Made by a program: the position numbers and the translations under genes. A stretch of 64,000 nt of DNA from an uncultured delta proteobacterium. GTDB taxonomy: Bacteria; Myxococcota_A; Polyangia; Polyangiales; Polyangiaceae. Under the pieces are notes generated by a model. That model had not been told where the DNA came from, made no database searches, and worked only from the letters and a program-made list of their open reading frames with translations. The DNA lies in the NCBI GenBank assembly GCA_963806225.1, contig CAWDXG010000004.1, forward strand, positions 1,056,001 through 1,120,000, in the 5' to 3' direction. Positions within the stretch are counted from its first letter, which is position 1; each line of letters begins with the position of its first letter. Shown piece after piece: positions 33,409-43,754 of the stretch.

Positions 33409-33972
33409 TCAGCTAGACTCCCCCGGTGCCCGCTTCTGCTCCGCCGGCAGCAGGCCCGAGAAGGCCGAGCGCAGGCCGTTCCAGGCCTCGCGGTGATGGA
33501 CGACGTGCCGCTCGGCCGCCCGGCCGAGCTGGGCGCACGCGAGAGCTCCGGTCAACCCGAGCAGAAACGGCGCAGCAACCCAGCCCAGCATGAGCCCCCC
33601 GCCTGGCAGCCCCCGGGCGATCCCGAGCACGGACAGCGCGGTTCCTGCCGCTGCGGCGATGCGCGCCGCCGCGCGTGGCACCTCGGCATTCGCATCGAGC
33701 TCCCGCCGGACATCGGCCAGCTGCTCGTTGATCATCGCGACACCGTAGTCGTGCGACGGCGCGTCGAGCACTTCGACAAGGGCCGACACGGCAGCCCACT
33801 GCTCCCGGTGTTCCGCCGCGACGCGTCCGGCGCGCTCCCGTCCGCCGTGGCCGAGTGCCTGCAGCAGCTCCGGCGCACCATCGCGATCGAAGCGCCGCGC
33901 CTGGGCGAGGCGCTGGGCGCTCCAGGCGACGCACAAGCCGACGACGAGCGCTGCGACCAGCGTGGAGATCAC
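33409..33972 (-). CDS. Three-TM membrane protein, possibly a degenerate MotA/TolQ/ExbB-like protein
   Basis: One N-terminal TM, a helical loop, then two TM segments; same strand as the operon. Confidence 0.45.
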   Translation of the reverse strand: MISTLVAALVVGLCVAWSAQRLAQARRFDRDGAPELLQALGHGGRERAGRVAAEHREQWAAVSALVEVLDAPSHDYGVAMINEQLADVRRELDANAEVPRAAARIAAAAGTALSVLGIARGLPGGGLMLGWVAAPFLLGLTGALACAQLGRAAERHVVHHREAWNGLRSAFSGLLPAEQKRAPGESS

Positions 33973-34028
33973 GCGAAGCCAGACCTAGGGCTGGGCCGCC
34001 CGCCGGCTTTGCCGGAGGGCCAGGCGGA

Positions 34029-34268
34029 TCAGAACGGATCCTTGTACAGCGCCTTCTCGATGCGATCGAGGAACGGCTGGCGCAGCTGGGCAAGCGTGAG
34101 CTTGGGCTGGATGCGGCTCACGTCCACGGCGGCGATCGGCTTCTGGACGCGACCGACGATCGTCACCTCGCTGATGGTGACCACGCGGCTCTTCTTGCCC
34201 TGCGCCATTGTCGTCGCGGGAAGCAACGTGCCCGCGACGGCGAGCGCGATACCGAGTCGGATGCTCAT
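34029..34268 (-). CDS. GltF/CglF-like small exported protein
   Basis: Signal peptide; ISEVTIVGRVQKP..FLDRIEK; ATGA overlap with the upstream TPR gene. Confidence 0.65.
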   Translation of the reverse strand: MSIRLGIALAVAGTLLPATTMAQGKKSRVVTISEVTIVGRVQKPIAAVDVSRIQPKLTLAQLRQPFLDRIEKALYKDPF

Positions 34269-35713
34269 TTCTTGGTCCCTCCTGCGGGCGGCAGCGAACC
34301 GGACGAGCCGGAACCGCTCTTGGCAGGCGGCATCGAGCCGTTCGAGCCGGAACCGCCGCTGCCGGCCGCCGGCGCGGACTTGGCCGCCTGCGCCTGCTCC
34401 TGCTCCTTGGCCTCGATGAGCGCCTTCTTCGTCTTGGCGCGCGTGATAAGCTCCTTGGTGTCGTCGGGTGCGCCTCCGCCACCACGGGGAGCCAGCTTCT
34501 GGTACTCCGTGAATTCGCTGATCGCCTTGTCCGCCGCCTGCTTCGGCGTGACTCCGGGAATGTTCTCCGAGAACAGATAGAGCAGGCCCAGGTCGTAGTG
34601 CGCCTGCGCCATGTTCGGGTCCTTGGAGAGCACCCACTCCAGCTGCTTCTGCGCGTCACCGATCTTGCCTAGCAGCCGGTACGCATCGCCGAGATTGAGG
34701 TGGGCGAGGACATTGCCCTTGTCGTAGCGGATCGCACCCTCCAGGAGCGGCGCAGCGCCGGTAGCGTTGCCCGCCTCCAGCATGTACGCAGCCAGCTGCA
34801 GGCGCGCCTGGACCAGATCTGGACGCAGGTCGATCGCCTTCTTGAACTCGTCCATCGCGAGCTTCCGCTGGCCCTGCTCCTTCTCGATCATCCCGCGCAG
34901 CAGGTGTGCCGACGCGTTGTTCTTGTCCCTGGGCGGATTCTCGGGACCGTAGCCGTCGAGGATCCCCTTGAGCGTGTACAGGGCCAGGTCGAGTCGACGA
35001 TTCCGGTAGTGGTCGCGCGCCAACGTCATCATCGCCGGGCGGTAGTCCGGATTTTTCTTGAGCGCTTCCTGGGCCAGCCGCTGCGCGTCGGCGGAGTTGC
35101 CCTCGATCGACTTGACCTCCGCGAGCCCCGCGGTGATGGCGGCGCTCTTCGGGTACTTGGACTGCTGGTTCGAGAGGAACGTCTCGGCCTCGCTCTGCTG
35201 TCCGGTGTTGGCCAGCAGCACGCCGTACGAGACGATGGCCGGCTCGTAGTCGGCAACGATACTGATCGCCCTCTTGTACGCCGACAGCGCGCCCGCATTG
35301 TCTCCGAGCCGCTCGTCCACCACACCCAGCGAATAGTACGCCTGGTAGGCGTTCGAGTCGGACTGCGCCGCCTTGTTGAACTGCGCCTTGGCCCCGTCGA
35401 GATCACCGTTCTGGAAGGCCGCGAGCCCCGCGTTGTACGCCTGCTGCGCCGAGGCATTCATCTTCGGGCGATTCGCCGCCGACGCACCGCTCGAAGGCCG
35501 ATCGGTGACCGCGTACTGCTGGCCCTGCTGGTTCTGTGCCGTACCGACGCCGCCGCCGGCCGGCGTCTGCACCTGCGTGCCCGAAGGTACCTTCGGGCCG
35601 GCCGTTTCTTGCCCGGCGCAGCCCACGCTCCCCAGAGCAGCAACCAGCGCGAGCGGGAGCGCGAGACGCGCTGCGCGACGCCGGGGCCAGCCTTCGCGGA
35701 TCAGTGTATTCAT
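34265..35713 (-). CDS. TPR lipoprotein, GltE/AglT-like
   Basis: Lipobox SVGC; many TPRs (AYYSLG, AHLNLGDAY, AHYDLGLLY). Confidence 0.75.
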   Translation of the reverse strand: MNTLIREGWPRRRAARLALPLALVAALGSVGCAGQETAGPKVPSGTQVQTPAGGGVGTAQNQQGQQYAVTDRPSSGASAANRPKMNASAQQAYNAGLAAFQNGDLDGAKAQFNKAAQSDSNAYQAYYSLGVVDERLGDNAGALSAYKRAISIVADYEPAIVSYGVLLANTGQQSEAETFLSNQQSKYPKSAAITAGLAEVKSIEGNSADAQRLAQEALKKNPDYRPAMMTLARDHYRNRRLDLALYTLKGILDGYGPENPPRDKNNASAHLLRGMIEKEQGQRKLAMDEFKKAIDLRPDLVQARLQLAAYMLEAGNATGAAPLLEGAIRYDKGNVLAHLNLGDAYRLLGKIGDAQKQLEWVLSKDPNMAQAHYDLGLLYLFSENIPGVTPKQAADKAISEFTEYQKLAPRGGGGAPDDTKELITRAKTKKALIEAKEQEQAQAAKSAPAAGSGGSGSNGSMPPAKSGSGSSGSLPPAGGTKK

Positions 35714-35732
35714 CGCCTGCCCCTTCATCGCG

Positions 35733-38700
35733 TCACTGCGCCAGCACCGGCAGCGGGTGCGGCATGGCCTTCGGCTTGGGCGAGGTCACCAGACCCGGCC
35801 GCATCTTCGGGAACATCCCCGGCGTGTAGTTGAGGTCCTTCACTCCAGCGGTGTATTGCGCCATCTTCGCTTCTCCGATCACGTCGGTGAAGAACGCCAG
35901 CCTGCGGATGGCGCGCGTCACCGCCGCGTTGGAGATATTGTAGCGCTTTGCGAGCATCACCGCCGTCGCATAGCGGTTGACCATGACGCGATCGGCGCCA
36001 TCGAGCTCCTTGTCGCGCGTCGCGCGCCACTGCTGCTCGACCTTGACCCGGATCGCGTCCGCCTTCTCCTGCAGCTCGGGCCTGCTGCTGTTTTCAGCCT
36101 GCTTGAGCAGCCGCTCGGTACGCGCGTCGAACATCTTGAGAGCAGGCGGGCGCGTGTTGAACAGACCCGTGCGGAGCGAGTCGTAGACCGAGCCCTGCCG
36201 GGCCACCGCGGCCGCCGTCCATTCCGGCGACACGTACGCGTCGACGATGTGCTGCAGCTTGTCCTTCCACTTCTTCGCTTCGACCGCGTCCTTGCGGTAC
36301 TTCTTGATGACCTCGACCGCGGTGCCCTTGTAGTGGTGGTGCCCGGTGTCGTAGTCGAAGTTCCGCTCGATCTCCTTGTCGAGCATCGCGTATTCGCCTT
36401 CGGCCGCCATCGACGCTTCGGCCGAACCGAGCGCCGTGCTCTTCCCGCCTGTGCGCGGCGCCAGGCCCTTCCACTTCTCGAACGCCTTGATGGTGTACGT
36501 CCACCACTTGTTGGTATCGCCCGCGTGGCTGGCGTCCTTCGTCTTGGCCACCCAGTATGCGGACTTGACGACGTACTGCGCGGCGGCGTTGCTGTTCTTG
36601 TGCCGCGTGTAGTAGTCGGCCATCGCCTGTTCGGCGTGGCGCCGCGCGTTCGCGTTCGCGCCGGTATCGGGGCTGTACTGGTCCCACTTCTTGAGCTCGG
36701 CGCTAGCGACGATGTAGTCGGCCTGCGCCATCTCCTTGGGTGATGCGCCGAGCTGTTCAAAGCGCTTTTTCGCGCGCGACATCCCGCCGGAGTCGTCCAG
36801 GCTGGCGTACAGGGTGAGGGCCTGCTGCGCCGCATCGCGGCGCTCCTTCTGCGAGAAGTTCGGGTTCTCGCTGATGCTGTCGTAGGTGGCAGCCGCCTTC
36901 GGGTAGTTGAAGAACAGGACGTACGCGCCGGCGAGCGCATCGTCGGCCTGCTTCAGGTACTTGACGCGCTCCTCGTACTTCTTGGGATCGGGCGCGACCG
37001 GCGGCTTGGCCTTGGGGTCGCCCTTCTGCAGCTTGTCGAGCGTCTTGTTGTCGCCGTAGTGCGAGATGAACAGCTCGTACATGGCGATCGCCTTGTCGTA
37101 CTCGCCGACCTTCTTGTACGCGTACGCGCCGTTCATGGCCGCTTCCGGCGCCTCGTCGCGGTCCGGCGCAGCGTCGAGCGCGACCTTGTACGCGGCCGCC
37201 GCCTCGCGCCACTTCTTGTCGCGTGCCGGCCCGTCCGGCATCTTCTGCGCTTCGTCGTAGAGCTTGCGCGCGTCGAGGTAGGCGACGCCCTGCTTGACCG
37301 GCTTGCGGATGGCGTCCTCCGCCTTCTTGCTCTCGGCGTCGAAGGCGCAGCTCTTGCCCGTCGCAAGCCTGCGACTCTCGGCGGCGTTGTTCTCGAAGTT
37401 GCTCATGCTGATGAGCTTCTCCCACGCCTTGTAACCCCACTCGTCTTTGCCGCAGTGATTCTTGTAGAGCGGCTCGAAGCGGGCACGAGCCTCCTTGAAG
37501 TGGCCGTACACGAAGTAGTAGTCGCCGGCCTGGAAGGCATAGAGCAGGCCGTTCTTCTCCGGGTCCTTGTCTTCGGGGATCCTGGCGTTGTACTCGTCGC
37601 GCGCCTTGATCGTGTCGAGGACCGGCTGCGGGACCGGGTCGACCACGACCTTCTTGTCCTTCCCTTCGCCGCTGAAGTGGACCTTGTCCCGCTTCTCGAT
37701 GCCTTCGGCGCCGTTCGAATCCTTGTACTTGCGGTAGTCGTCGTCGAGCACCTTCTCGGCGATCGTCACGACGTAGTACGCCGCGGGCTGGAGGTACTTG
37801 TCGTCTTCGTTCGAGTCGCGCACGGCAATCGCGGCATCGCGCGCGGCCTTGATCTCCGCGGGCGTCGGCGACTTGTCGATCGCGATCTGCAGCACGACCA
37901 CCCAGTAGCGGGCATCCGCCAGCCAGAACTTGCTCTCGTAGGCGTCGATAGCGTTGGGATCCTGGGAGTAGTAGGCGGCCCAGCCCGTACCGGCCAGGCG
38001 GTACTCCTCGATCGCCTTTTCGATCAGCGCCTTCTGCTCCTCGGCGTCATTCAGCTCGAGCGCGCGGTTGTACAGCGCCTTGCCGCGATTGGTGTGATCG
38101 GCAGCGGCGCGCTTGAGGCCGTTCTTCACCAGTTGCTCTGCCTGCTGCAGCGCCTCGGGATCGTCGCGATTGGCGTCGGTCCAGGGCGTCGTGCCGACGT
38201 AGGCGGCGAGCTTGGTGCGGGCCTCGAGCGCCTTGCTCGAGTACTCGGCCTTGGCTGCAGAGCCGTCCGGAGCCAGGCGGGCGAGCTGATCGTACAGCTC
38301 GGCGACCTTGTTCTGCATCACCGGCGCGTCGCGATCCATCGGGAACTTCTTGAGCGTGAGCTCGAGCGTCGCGATGGCATTGCGGTTCTGCGTGATGTCG
38401 ATGAATTCCTGGGCCAGCGCCTTGTAGATCTCGACGGTCCACTTCTTGTCCTGGTCGATCAGCTCCGGATCCTGCACGCGCTGGATCGCGATGCTCATCT
38501 TCTGCTCGGCGACCAGCGGGTCCTGCTCGACATCGAGGACGTCGTTGCGCGGGATAAACGGATCGCCGGGCGGCGGCCCGTCGAAGTCCACGTAGGTCAG
38601 CGAGCCCGCGATGTACGTGTACGCTTCCGAGCGGAAGTCGGCGCCGGGGTCGCCCGTCTTCTCCTCCTGCTCGTCCGCGTAGTGCAGCAGCTTGACGAAC

Positions 38701-39923
38701 CACTCGACCGCCGTCTTGTAGCGCTGCTGCTTGTAGTAGGTCCAGGCGAGCTTGTACATCGCCACGCCGTAGATGGGCGGCTTCTTGTAGACGAGTGAAT
38801 GCTCGTACGCACTGACCGCGCGGTTCAGGGTGTAGGGTCCGCCGTGGGGGTCTTCCTGGTCGAAGTGGTAGTCACCCATCTTCCACCACACCTCGGCCAG
38901 GTAGCGCGGGTCCTGACCGGGCGCGGTGTTCTGCGGGATCGGCTTGCAGCTATCCGGGTACGGATCCTTGAAGCCGAGTTCTTCCTCGTCGACGCCGATG
39001 CCCTTCGCCTTGGTGTTGGCGTGCCTGCCGCCGGGACCCGCCTTGTCGAGCGGAAGCGGGTGCTTGTTGTACCAGGCGGTCCAGAACTTCTGGTCGTGAT
39101 CCTGCGGCAGCGGCTGGAGCAGGATCTTGTCGGGATCCTTGGGGTCGTCCTTGACCTGGTACAGGTTGGAGCAGACGAGCGAGCGCCAGGCCTGTTGCCC
39201 TTCGTCGATCTGGCCCGAGTCGGTGTAGGCGTGACCCAGATAGTAATGGACGGCTGCGATTTCCTCGTAGCTCGGGAACTCCCGGATGATCCGGCGGTAC
39301 AGGGCGATGGCCGGCTTCAACCCCGGACCGAGCGGCGCGTCGAAGTTGCTGCGCGCGCGCTCCTCGTACAGCGCGGCCAGACGGAACATCGCGTCCGGCG
39401 TCGCGGAAGGATCGGCGTTGTCGCCGCTGTAGCGGGCGATGAATTTCTCGAGCCGCCGGATCGCCTCGTCGCGCGCATCGGTGAGGCCCTTCTTCTCGAT
39501 GGCAATTTCCTTGTCCAGCCGGGACAGGACGCGGCGCCGCTTCTCTTCGTAGTGGTGGCGCACGATCATGGTCAGGGTGTTGCGGAAATCGCGCGCGCCC
39601 TGCTCGTAGGCCTTCTCCTCCTCCTGCAGCATCTCGAGCGCACGCAGCTGCGCCGGCGTGGGCGGCGGCGGCGGCGGCGCAGCCTTGTGCAGGCTGATGA
39701 CGGGGGCAGTCGTTGCCGGCGCAGCGGGCGCAGCACCGGCTTCCGTCGCCGCCGCCCCCGCGTCGGGCCCCGTCGCCGGCGGCATGGCCGCGGCGCTCGC
39801 GTCCGGTCCGGAAGCAGGCTGGGAGAGCGCCGTCCCCGGCATCGCGAGAAGCCCCGCGGCCAGCGCTCCGGTCGCGGCCAGCGCGACCAGGCCGCGTGCA
39901 GCACGTTTCAGCGGACTCTTCAT
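35733..39923 (-). CDS. Large exported TPR protein, GltD/AgmU-like
   Basis: Signal peptide from MKSPLKR; TPDAMFRLAALY, AMYKLAWTYY repeats; about 1400 aa. Confidence 0.75.
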   Translation of the reverse strand: MKSPLKRAARGLVALAATGALAAGLLAMPGTALSQPASGPDASAAAMPPATGPDAGAAATEAGAAPAAPATTAPVISLHKAAPPPPPPTPAQLRALEMLQEEEKAYEQGARDFRNTLTMIVRHHYEEKRRRVLSRLDKEIAIEKKGLTDARDEAIRRLEKFIARYSGDNADPSATPDAMFRLAALYEERARSNFDAPLGPGLKPAIALYRRIIREFPSYEEIAAVHYYLGHAYTDSGQIDEGQQAWRSLVCSNLYQVKDDPKDPDKILLQPLPQDHDQKFWTAWYNKHPLPLDKAGPGGRHANTKAKGIGVDEEELGFKDPYPDSCKPIPQNTAPGQDPRYLAEVWWKMGDYHFDQEDPHGGPYTLNRAVSAYEHSLVYKKPPIYGVAMYKLAWTYYKQQRYKTAVEWFVKLLHYADEQEEKTGDPGADFRSEAYTYIAGSLTYVDFDGPPPGDPFIPRNDVLDVEQDPLVAEQKMSIAIQRVQDPELIDQDKKWTVEIYKALAQEFIDITQNRNAIATLELTLKKFPMDRDAPVMQNKVAELYDQLARLAPDGSAAKAEYSSKALEARTKLAAYVGTTPWTDANRDDPEALQQAEQLVKNGLKRAAADHTNRGKALYNRALELNDAEEQKALIEKAIEEYRLAGTGWAAYYSQDPNAIDAYESKFWLADARYWVVVLQIAIDKSPTPAEIKAARDAAIAVRDSNEDDKYLQPAAYYVVTIAEKVLDDDYRKYKDSNGAEGIEKRDKVHFSGEGKDKKVVVDPVPQPVLDTIKARDEYNARIPEDKDPEKNGLLYAFQAGDYYFVYGHFKEARARFEPLYKNHCGKDEWGYKAWEKLISMSNFENNAAESRRLATGKSCAFDAESKKAEDAIRKPVKQGVAYLDARKLYDEAQKMPDGPARDKKWREAAAAYKVALDAAPDRDEAPEAAMNGAYAYKKVGEYDKAIAMYELFISHYGDNKTLDKLQKGDPKAKPPVAPDPKKYEERVKYLKQADDALAGAYVLFFNYPKAAATYDSISENPNFSQKERRDAAQQALTLYASLDDSGGMSRAKKRFEQLGASPKEMAQADYIVASAELKKWDQYSPDTGANANARRHAEQAMADYYTRHKNSNAAAQYVVKSAYWVAKTKDASHAGDTNKWWTYTIKAFEKWKGLAPRTGGKSTALGSAEASMAAEGEYAMLDKEIERNFDYDTGHHHYKGTAVEVIKKYRKDAVEAKKWKDKLQHIVDAYVSPEWTAAAVARQGSVYDSLRTGLFNTRPPALKMFDARTERLLKQAENSSRPELQEKADAIRVKVEQQWRATRDKELDGADRVMVNRYATAVMLAKRYNISNAAVTRAIRRLAFFTDVIGEAKMAQYTAGVKDLNYTPGMFPKMRPGLVTSPKPKAMPHPLPVLAQ

Positions 39924-42427
39924 TGCTGATCCTCCGCGTCGTCCAGCACCTCGCGCAGCTCGTCGTTCAGCTGCTGGTTTTCGCGGGCACGCTCTCGCTG
40001 CAGGTCGCGGACCCGCGTCCGCTGCTCTTCGCGGACTTCCCACGCCTCCTGCACGATCCCCACGTCGGACCTGAGAACGATGCTCTTCAATCGGTCGCGG
40101 ACCAGCCCGAAATTCTTCATGGCCATCTGGCCCACCAGCAGCCGCGCCTCTTGATCCAGCGCGTCGAGGCTGCCGGAGTACTTGTCGATGTTCGAAGCCT
40201 CGGTGGCGACCTGCGCCTCGAGGCCCCTCGCCTTCTCGAGGGCTTCGCGTTCGAGCGAGGCCTTGATGCCCTCGAGCTTCGAGGATGCGGAATCGGCGCG
40301 GGACAGCACGCTCTGGATGGAACGCGCGTACTCCTGCGCGTTGCCGTTGTCCTGGCCGGACGCGACGAGCTGCACCTCGCGGGAGAAGAGCTGGCGGAAC
40401 TGCGTGCGCACCTGGTCGTCTTCCACGTAGCGCTGGTCGCCGAAGCCGATCTGGACCCGGCCCATATCCACCGCCTCCTGGTAGGCCTTGATACGTTCGC
40501 GGTAGGTCTTCAGATCGCGTTCGTTGGCCTCGATCTCCGCTTCGAAGCGCCGCCGGCTCTCCGGATCCCGCACGACCCCGTACTGATCGGCGTCCTTGAG
40601 CACGCGATGCAGCCCGTTGACGATCGCCTGCAGCTTGTCCGCCTCGAGCGTGAGACGCTGCAGCTGCTGCGACACCTTGTTCCACTCGTGCTCGCCCGAG
40701 GAGTCGCGACGCGAGAAGTCGCCCGGCGTGACCGGAAGCCATCCCATGCGCTTCATCAGCGCCCGCCGCTTCGCCCTCACCTGGCCCAGCTCGCCTCCCA
40801 CATCCGAAGAGGCCACGTCGTCCATGCCCTCGGCCAGCGTGCGGCGGGCCACTGCGACCTTGTTGAGCAGGCCCAGGGCCTGCTCCAGCGACGCCTTGAT
40901 CTCCGGAAAGGCCTTCGCGCGCGTGCTGGAACCGAGCACCGCGTTCAGCTTGTTGATGAGCCGATGTGATTTCCGTATCAGCTCACGCGAGCGGGAAACG
41001 TCGTCGATAATGGCAAAGGCGCGGTCGTTCTCCGCTTCCTTCCGCGCCCAGTCGATGACCACCGGCGAAAGCGGGCCGCCGGTCTGCTCCGATTCGAGTC
41101 GATCCTGCACCAGCTTGTCGTAATAGACGGCCGGATCGGTGGTGACCTTCAAGAACTGGTCGACCTGCGCGCGGATGGGGTCGTATCGGTTGTGCACGGA
41201 TCGATAGAGCTTGAGCGACTTGTCGAACTGACCCTGGCGCAGCATCAGGTCGGCGCGGAGCAGCGTGCCGTCGGCCATCTGGAGGTTCTGGGGCGCCGTG
41301 ATGCTGAGCACTTCCAGGGATCGCTGCGCGCGCTGGTAGTCGCCTAGCCGCGCGTAGTCCCACGCCAGCTCGTAGAGCATGGTGTTGAACTCGGGCGACT
41401 TGCGGTTGACGTGTCCGTAGGCGTCAGCCGCATCGAGGAAGTTGTCCGTCTCGTAGAAGAGTCGGCCGATGGCCATCCAGGCCAGATCGATGACGTGGCG
41501 GTGCTTCTGGCTGTCGGGCGGGAGCCGCGTGACCTTGCGGAACTGATCGATCGCCGCGGCGTAGCGCTTCTTGTCCGGCGGCGGAGCGATGGTCTTCGGC
41601 GACGGTCCGATCGAAGCGCCGGCTGCTTTCTGCTGCTCCTTGTCGCTCCCGGCCTTGGCCTTGTCGTCTTTCTTGTCGGACTTGGCCTTGTCGTCGGTCG
41701 GCGCGGCGGCTGCAGGCTCTGCGGGCGGTGGAGTGGGCGTGGACATCTTCACCAGGATGGCGCCCAGGAGATACTGCCCCTGCGGGTAGTATTCCGAGCT
41801 CGCCGCCAGCGAGCCGAGGGCGCTCTTGGCCTGATCGTACTCGTGCTTGGCAAAGTACGCCTTGGCGCGTGCGTACTGCAGCGAACCGGTCGCATCCGAC
41901 GCCGGCAACTGGCCGACGCGCTGGAACACGTCGTCGAGGCTGTCAAGGTCGTTGGTACGCAGCGCGACGTCGACCAGCCGGCTCAGAGAGCGGCCTGCAT
42001 AGGAGTCGTAGGGGCTCTGCGAAGCCTTGTCGAGGATGCTCCGGTAGTAGCGGCGCGCCGACAGGTATTGCTTCGATTCGAAGTACGCCTCCGCCAGAAG
42101 GAAGCGGGCGTCCGCGTCCGAGTTCGCCGACACCTTGCCCTGCCGGTGCAGCTCGACCACCTGGTTGAAGACCTCGATGGCGTGCTCGTAGTCCTTGGTA
42201 CGCAGCAGCATGTCGCCGGCGGCGATGCGCTTCTCGGGCGTCATGCGCATGTGCTGGGCCTTGGCGGCCGCAGCCCGCACGCTGCCGATGTCCGACTCCA
42301 CGCTCTGGATCGCCAGCTGCGCCTGGCCGCGCGCTTCCGTCGTCCCGATCGCGAACGCGGGTTTCGCGAGACCGAGTGAAGCCAGGGCTGCAGCGAGCGC
42401 CCAGCTCTGGGCGCAACGCGAACGCAT
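39920..42427 (-). CDS. Exported TPR/coiled-coil protein, GltC-like
   Basis: Own start MRSRCAQ with signal peptide, overlapping the upstream stop; LAWMAIGRLFYE, MLYELAW. Confidence 0.7.
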   Translation of the reverse strand: MRSRCAQSWALAAALASLGLAKPAFAIGTTEARGQAQLAIQSVESDIGSVRAAAAKAQHMRMTPEKRIAAGDMLLRTKDYEHAIEVFNQVVELHRQGKVSANSDADARFLLAEAYFESKQYLSARRYYRSILDKASQSPYDSYAGRSLSRLVDVALRTNDLDSLDDVFQRVGQLPASDATGSLQYARAKAYFAKHEYDQAKSALGSLAASSEYYPQGQYLLGAILVKMSTPTPPPAEPAAAAPTDDKAKSDKKDDKAKAGSDKEQQKAAGASIGPSPKTIAPPPDKKRYAAAIDQFRKVTRLPPDSQKHRHVIDLAWMAIGRLFYETDNFLDAADAYGHVNRKSPEFNTMLYELAWDYARLGDYQRAQRSLEVLSITAPQNLQMADGTLLRADLMLRQGQFDKSLKLYRSVHNRYDPIRAQVDQFLKVTTDPAVYYDKLVQDRLESEQTGGPLSPVVIDWARKEAENDRAFAIIDDVSRSRELIRKSHRLINKLNAVLGSSTRAKAFPEIKASLEQALGLLNKVAVARRTLAEGMDDVASSDVGGELGQVRAKRRALMKRMGWLPVTPGDFSRRDSSGEHEWNKVSQQLQRLTLEADKLQAIVNGLHRVLKDADQYGVVRDPESRRRFEAEIEANERDLKTYRERIKAYQEAVDMGRVQIGFGDQRYVEDDQVRTQFRQLFSREVQLVASGQDNGNAQEYARSIQSVLSRADSASSKLEGIKASLEREALEKARGLEAQVATEASNIDKYSGSLDALDQEARLLVGQMAMKNFGLVRDRLKSIVLRSDVGIVQEAWEVREEQRTRVRDLQRERARENQQLNDELREVLDDAEDQQ

Positions 42428-43330
42428 CACTTGCCTCCCGTACCGACCGAAAGATGTCCGGATGCCCCGGAGCTGGACTTGCTGGACGAGCCGCTCGCGC
42501 CGCCGGCTGAAGACATGCCGGAAGTGATCTTCTCGACGTAGCGGACTGCCGGGCGCTGCTCGAGCGGCGTCGTGACGCCGCCCTTCTCCCAGGCGATGGC
42601 CTCGAGGCTGATGGTCTTGCCTTCGGTCACCGTGAAGGAATGGCTGGACTTCACCTCGAAGTGGTAGCCGCGGAGATACGAGAAGACCCCGTAGCCGTGT
42701 CCCTGCAGCTGGACCAGCACTTGCAAGCGTGTGATCCCCCGGCGGAATCGAACCGCTGAAGATCGGGATTTCCTTCTGGGCCGCCAGCGCGCCGCTGTCG
42801 TCCTGCTTGTTGTACTGCACCGCGCCATCGAGCACGAACAGCGCCCGCGTGAGGCGGAATGCGTTGCTCATGTCGTTGGTGAACTTGATCTCCGCTCGCG
42901 CACCCCCCACGCCACCAGAGAGGATGGTGTCGCTCAGCAGACTGAGCCGCGTGTGGCTGCGGCGGATCTGCTCCTTGAGCTCGTCCACGCGCTGCTCGAG
43001 ATCACGCAACCGGACCACGTAGGTCGACCCATCGATCGGCGGCTTGGCGGCGGCGGACGCAGACGCTCCCGCCGCGGCAGCAGAATCCCCCGCCTTCGTG
43101 TCGGCAGCCTTCGTGTCGGCAGCCTTCGTGTCCGCGGCCTTCGTATCACCCGCCTTGCTGTCGCCCGCCTTGGCCGTGCCGCCGTTGTCACCGCTCTTCG
43201 CGGTGTTGGTCGCGGCGGCGTCAGTCTTGTCGCCGGCCTTCGTGGGCTCGGGGTTCTTTCCCTGTGCCCACGCGGTCGAGGTGACCAACAGAGCGATCAG
43301 CGCTACCCACAAGGCCTTGGAAAATCGCAT
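42427..43330 (-). CDS. Exported coiled-coil/beta-sandwich protein, first gene of the glt-like operon; frameshift near 42725
   Basis: Signal peptide, AADTK repeats, LEQRVDELKEQIRRSHTRL; PPGDHTL continues as QVLVQLQGHGYGVFSYLRGY in the next frame. Confidence 0.7.
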
Positions 43331-43754
43331 CGTTCACCCTCTTCGATGAAATAAGGATGCCCCGCAAGCAACCAACCTTGGTTCACCCGGGCGGCTCCCA
43401 CCTTATGTTCGGGATTCGAGCAGACTGCAACCGGCGCCGACAAGGGCCATTTGCAGCCCAGCGGTGGGGTGTCTAGCCCCCACCCTGCTCGCCCGCTCGT
43501 CCGGACCCTCCCCCCGACTGGCCGACCACGGGCCGGCGTCGCCTTTTCCGCGCCGGCCCCGCTGTCCGGGGTAGGTTGCTGCCCGCCGCACCCGGGCGCT
43601 ACGGTAGCGCTACGGAGCGGGCGGGCAGATCGAATCCCGTGCAGGGACGTCTACTGAAGAGCGGCTCGAAACGTCCGGAACCCGGGCACATCGGGCTAAG
43701 GCTGACCCCGTTCAGCACGTCATACCCTCATCATCTCTCGATAGGCGAGGACAG

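Noticed and set aside
39920..43330. Single 1136-aa ORF
   Set aside because: A frameshift near 42725 joins two genes; the second has its own start and signal peptide at 42427.
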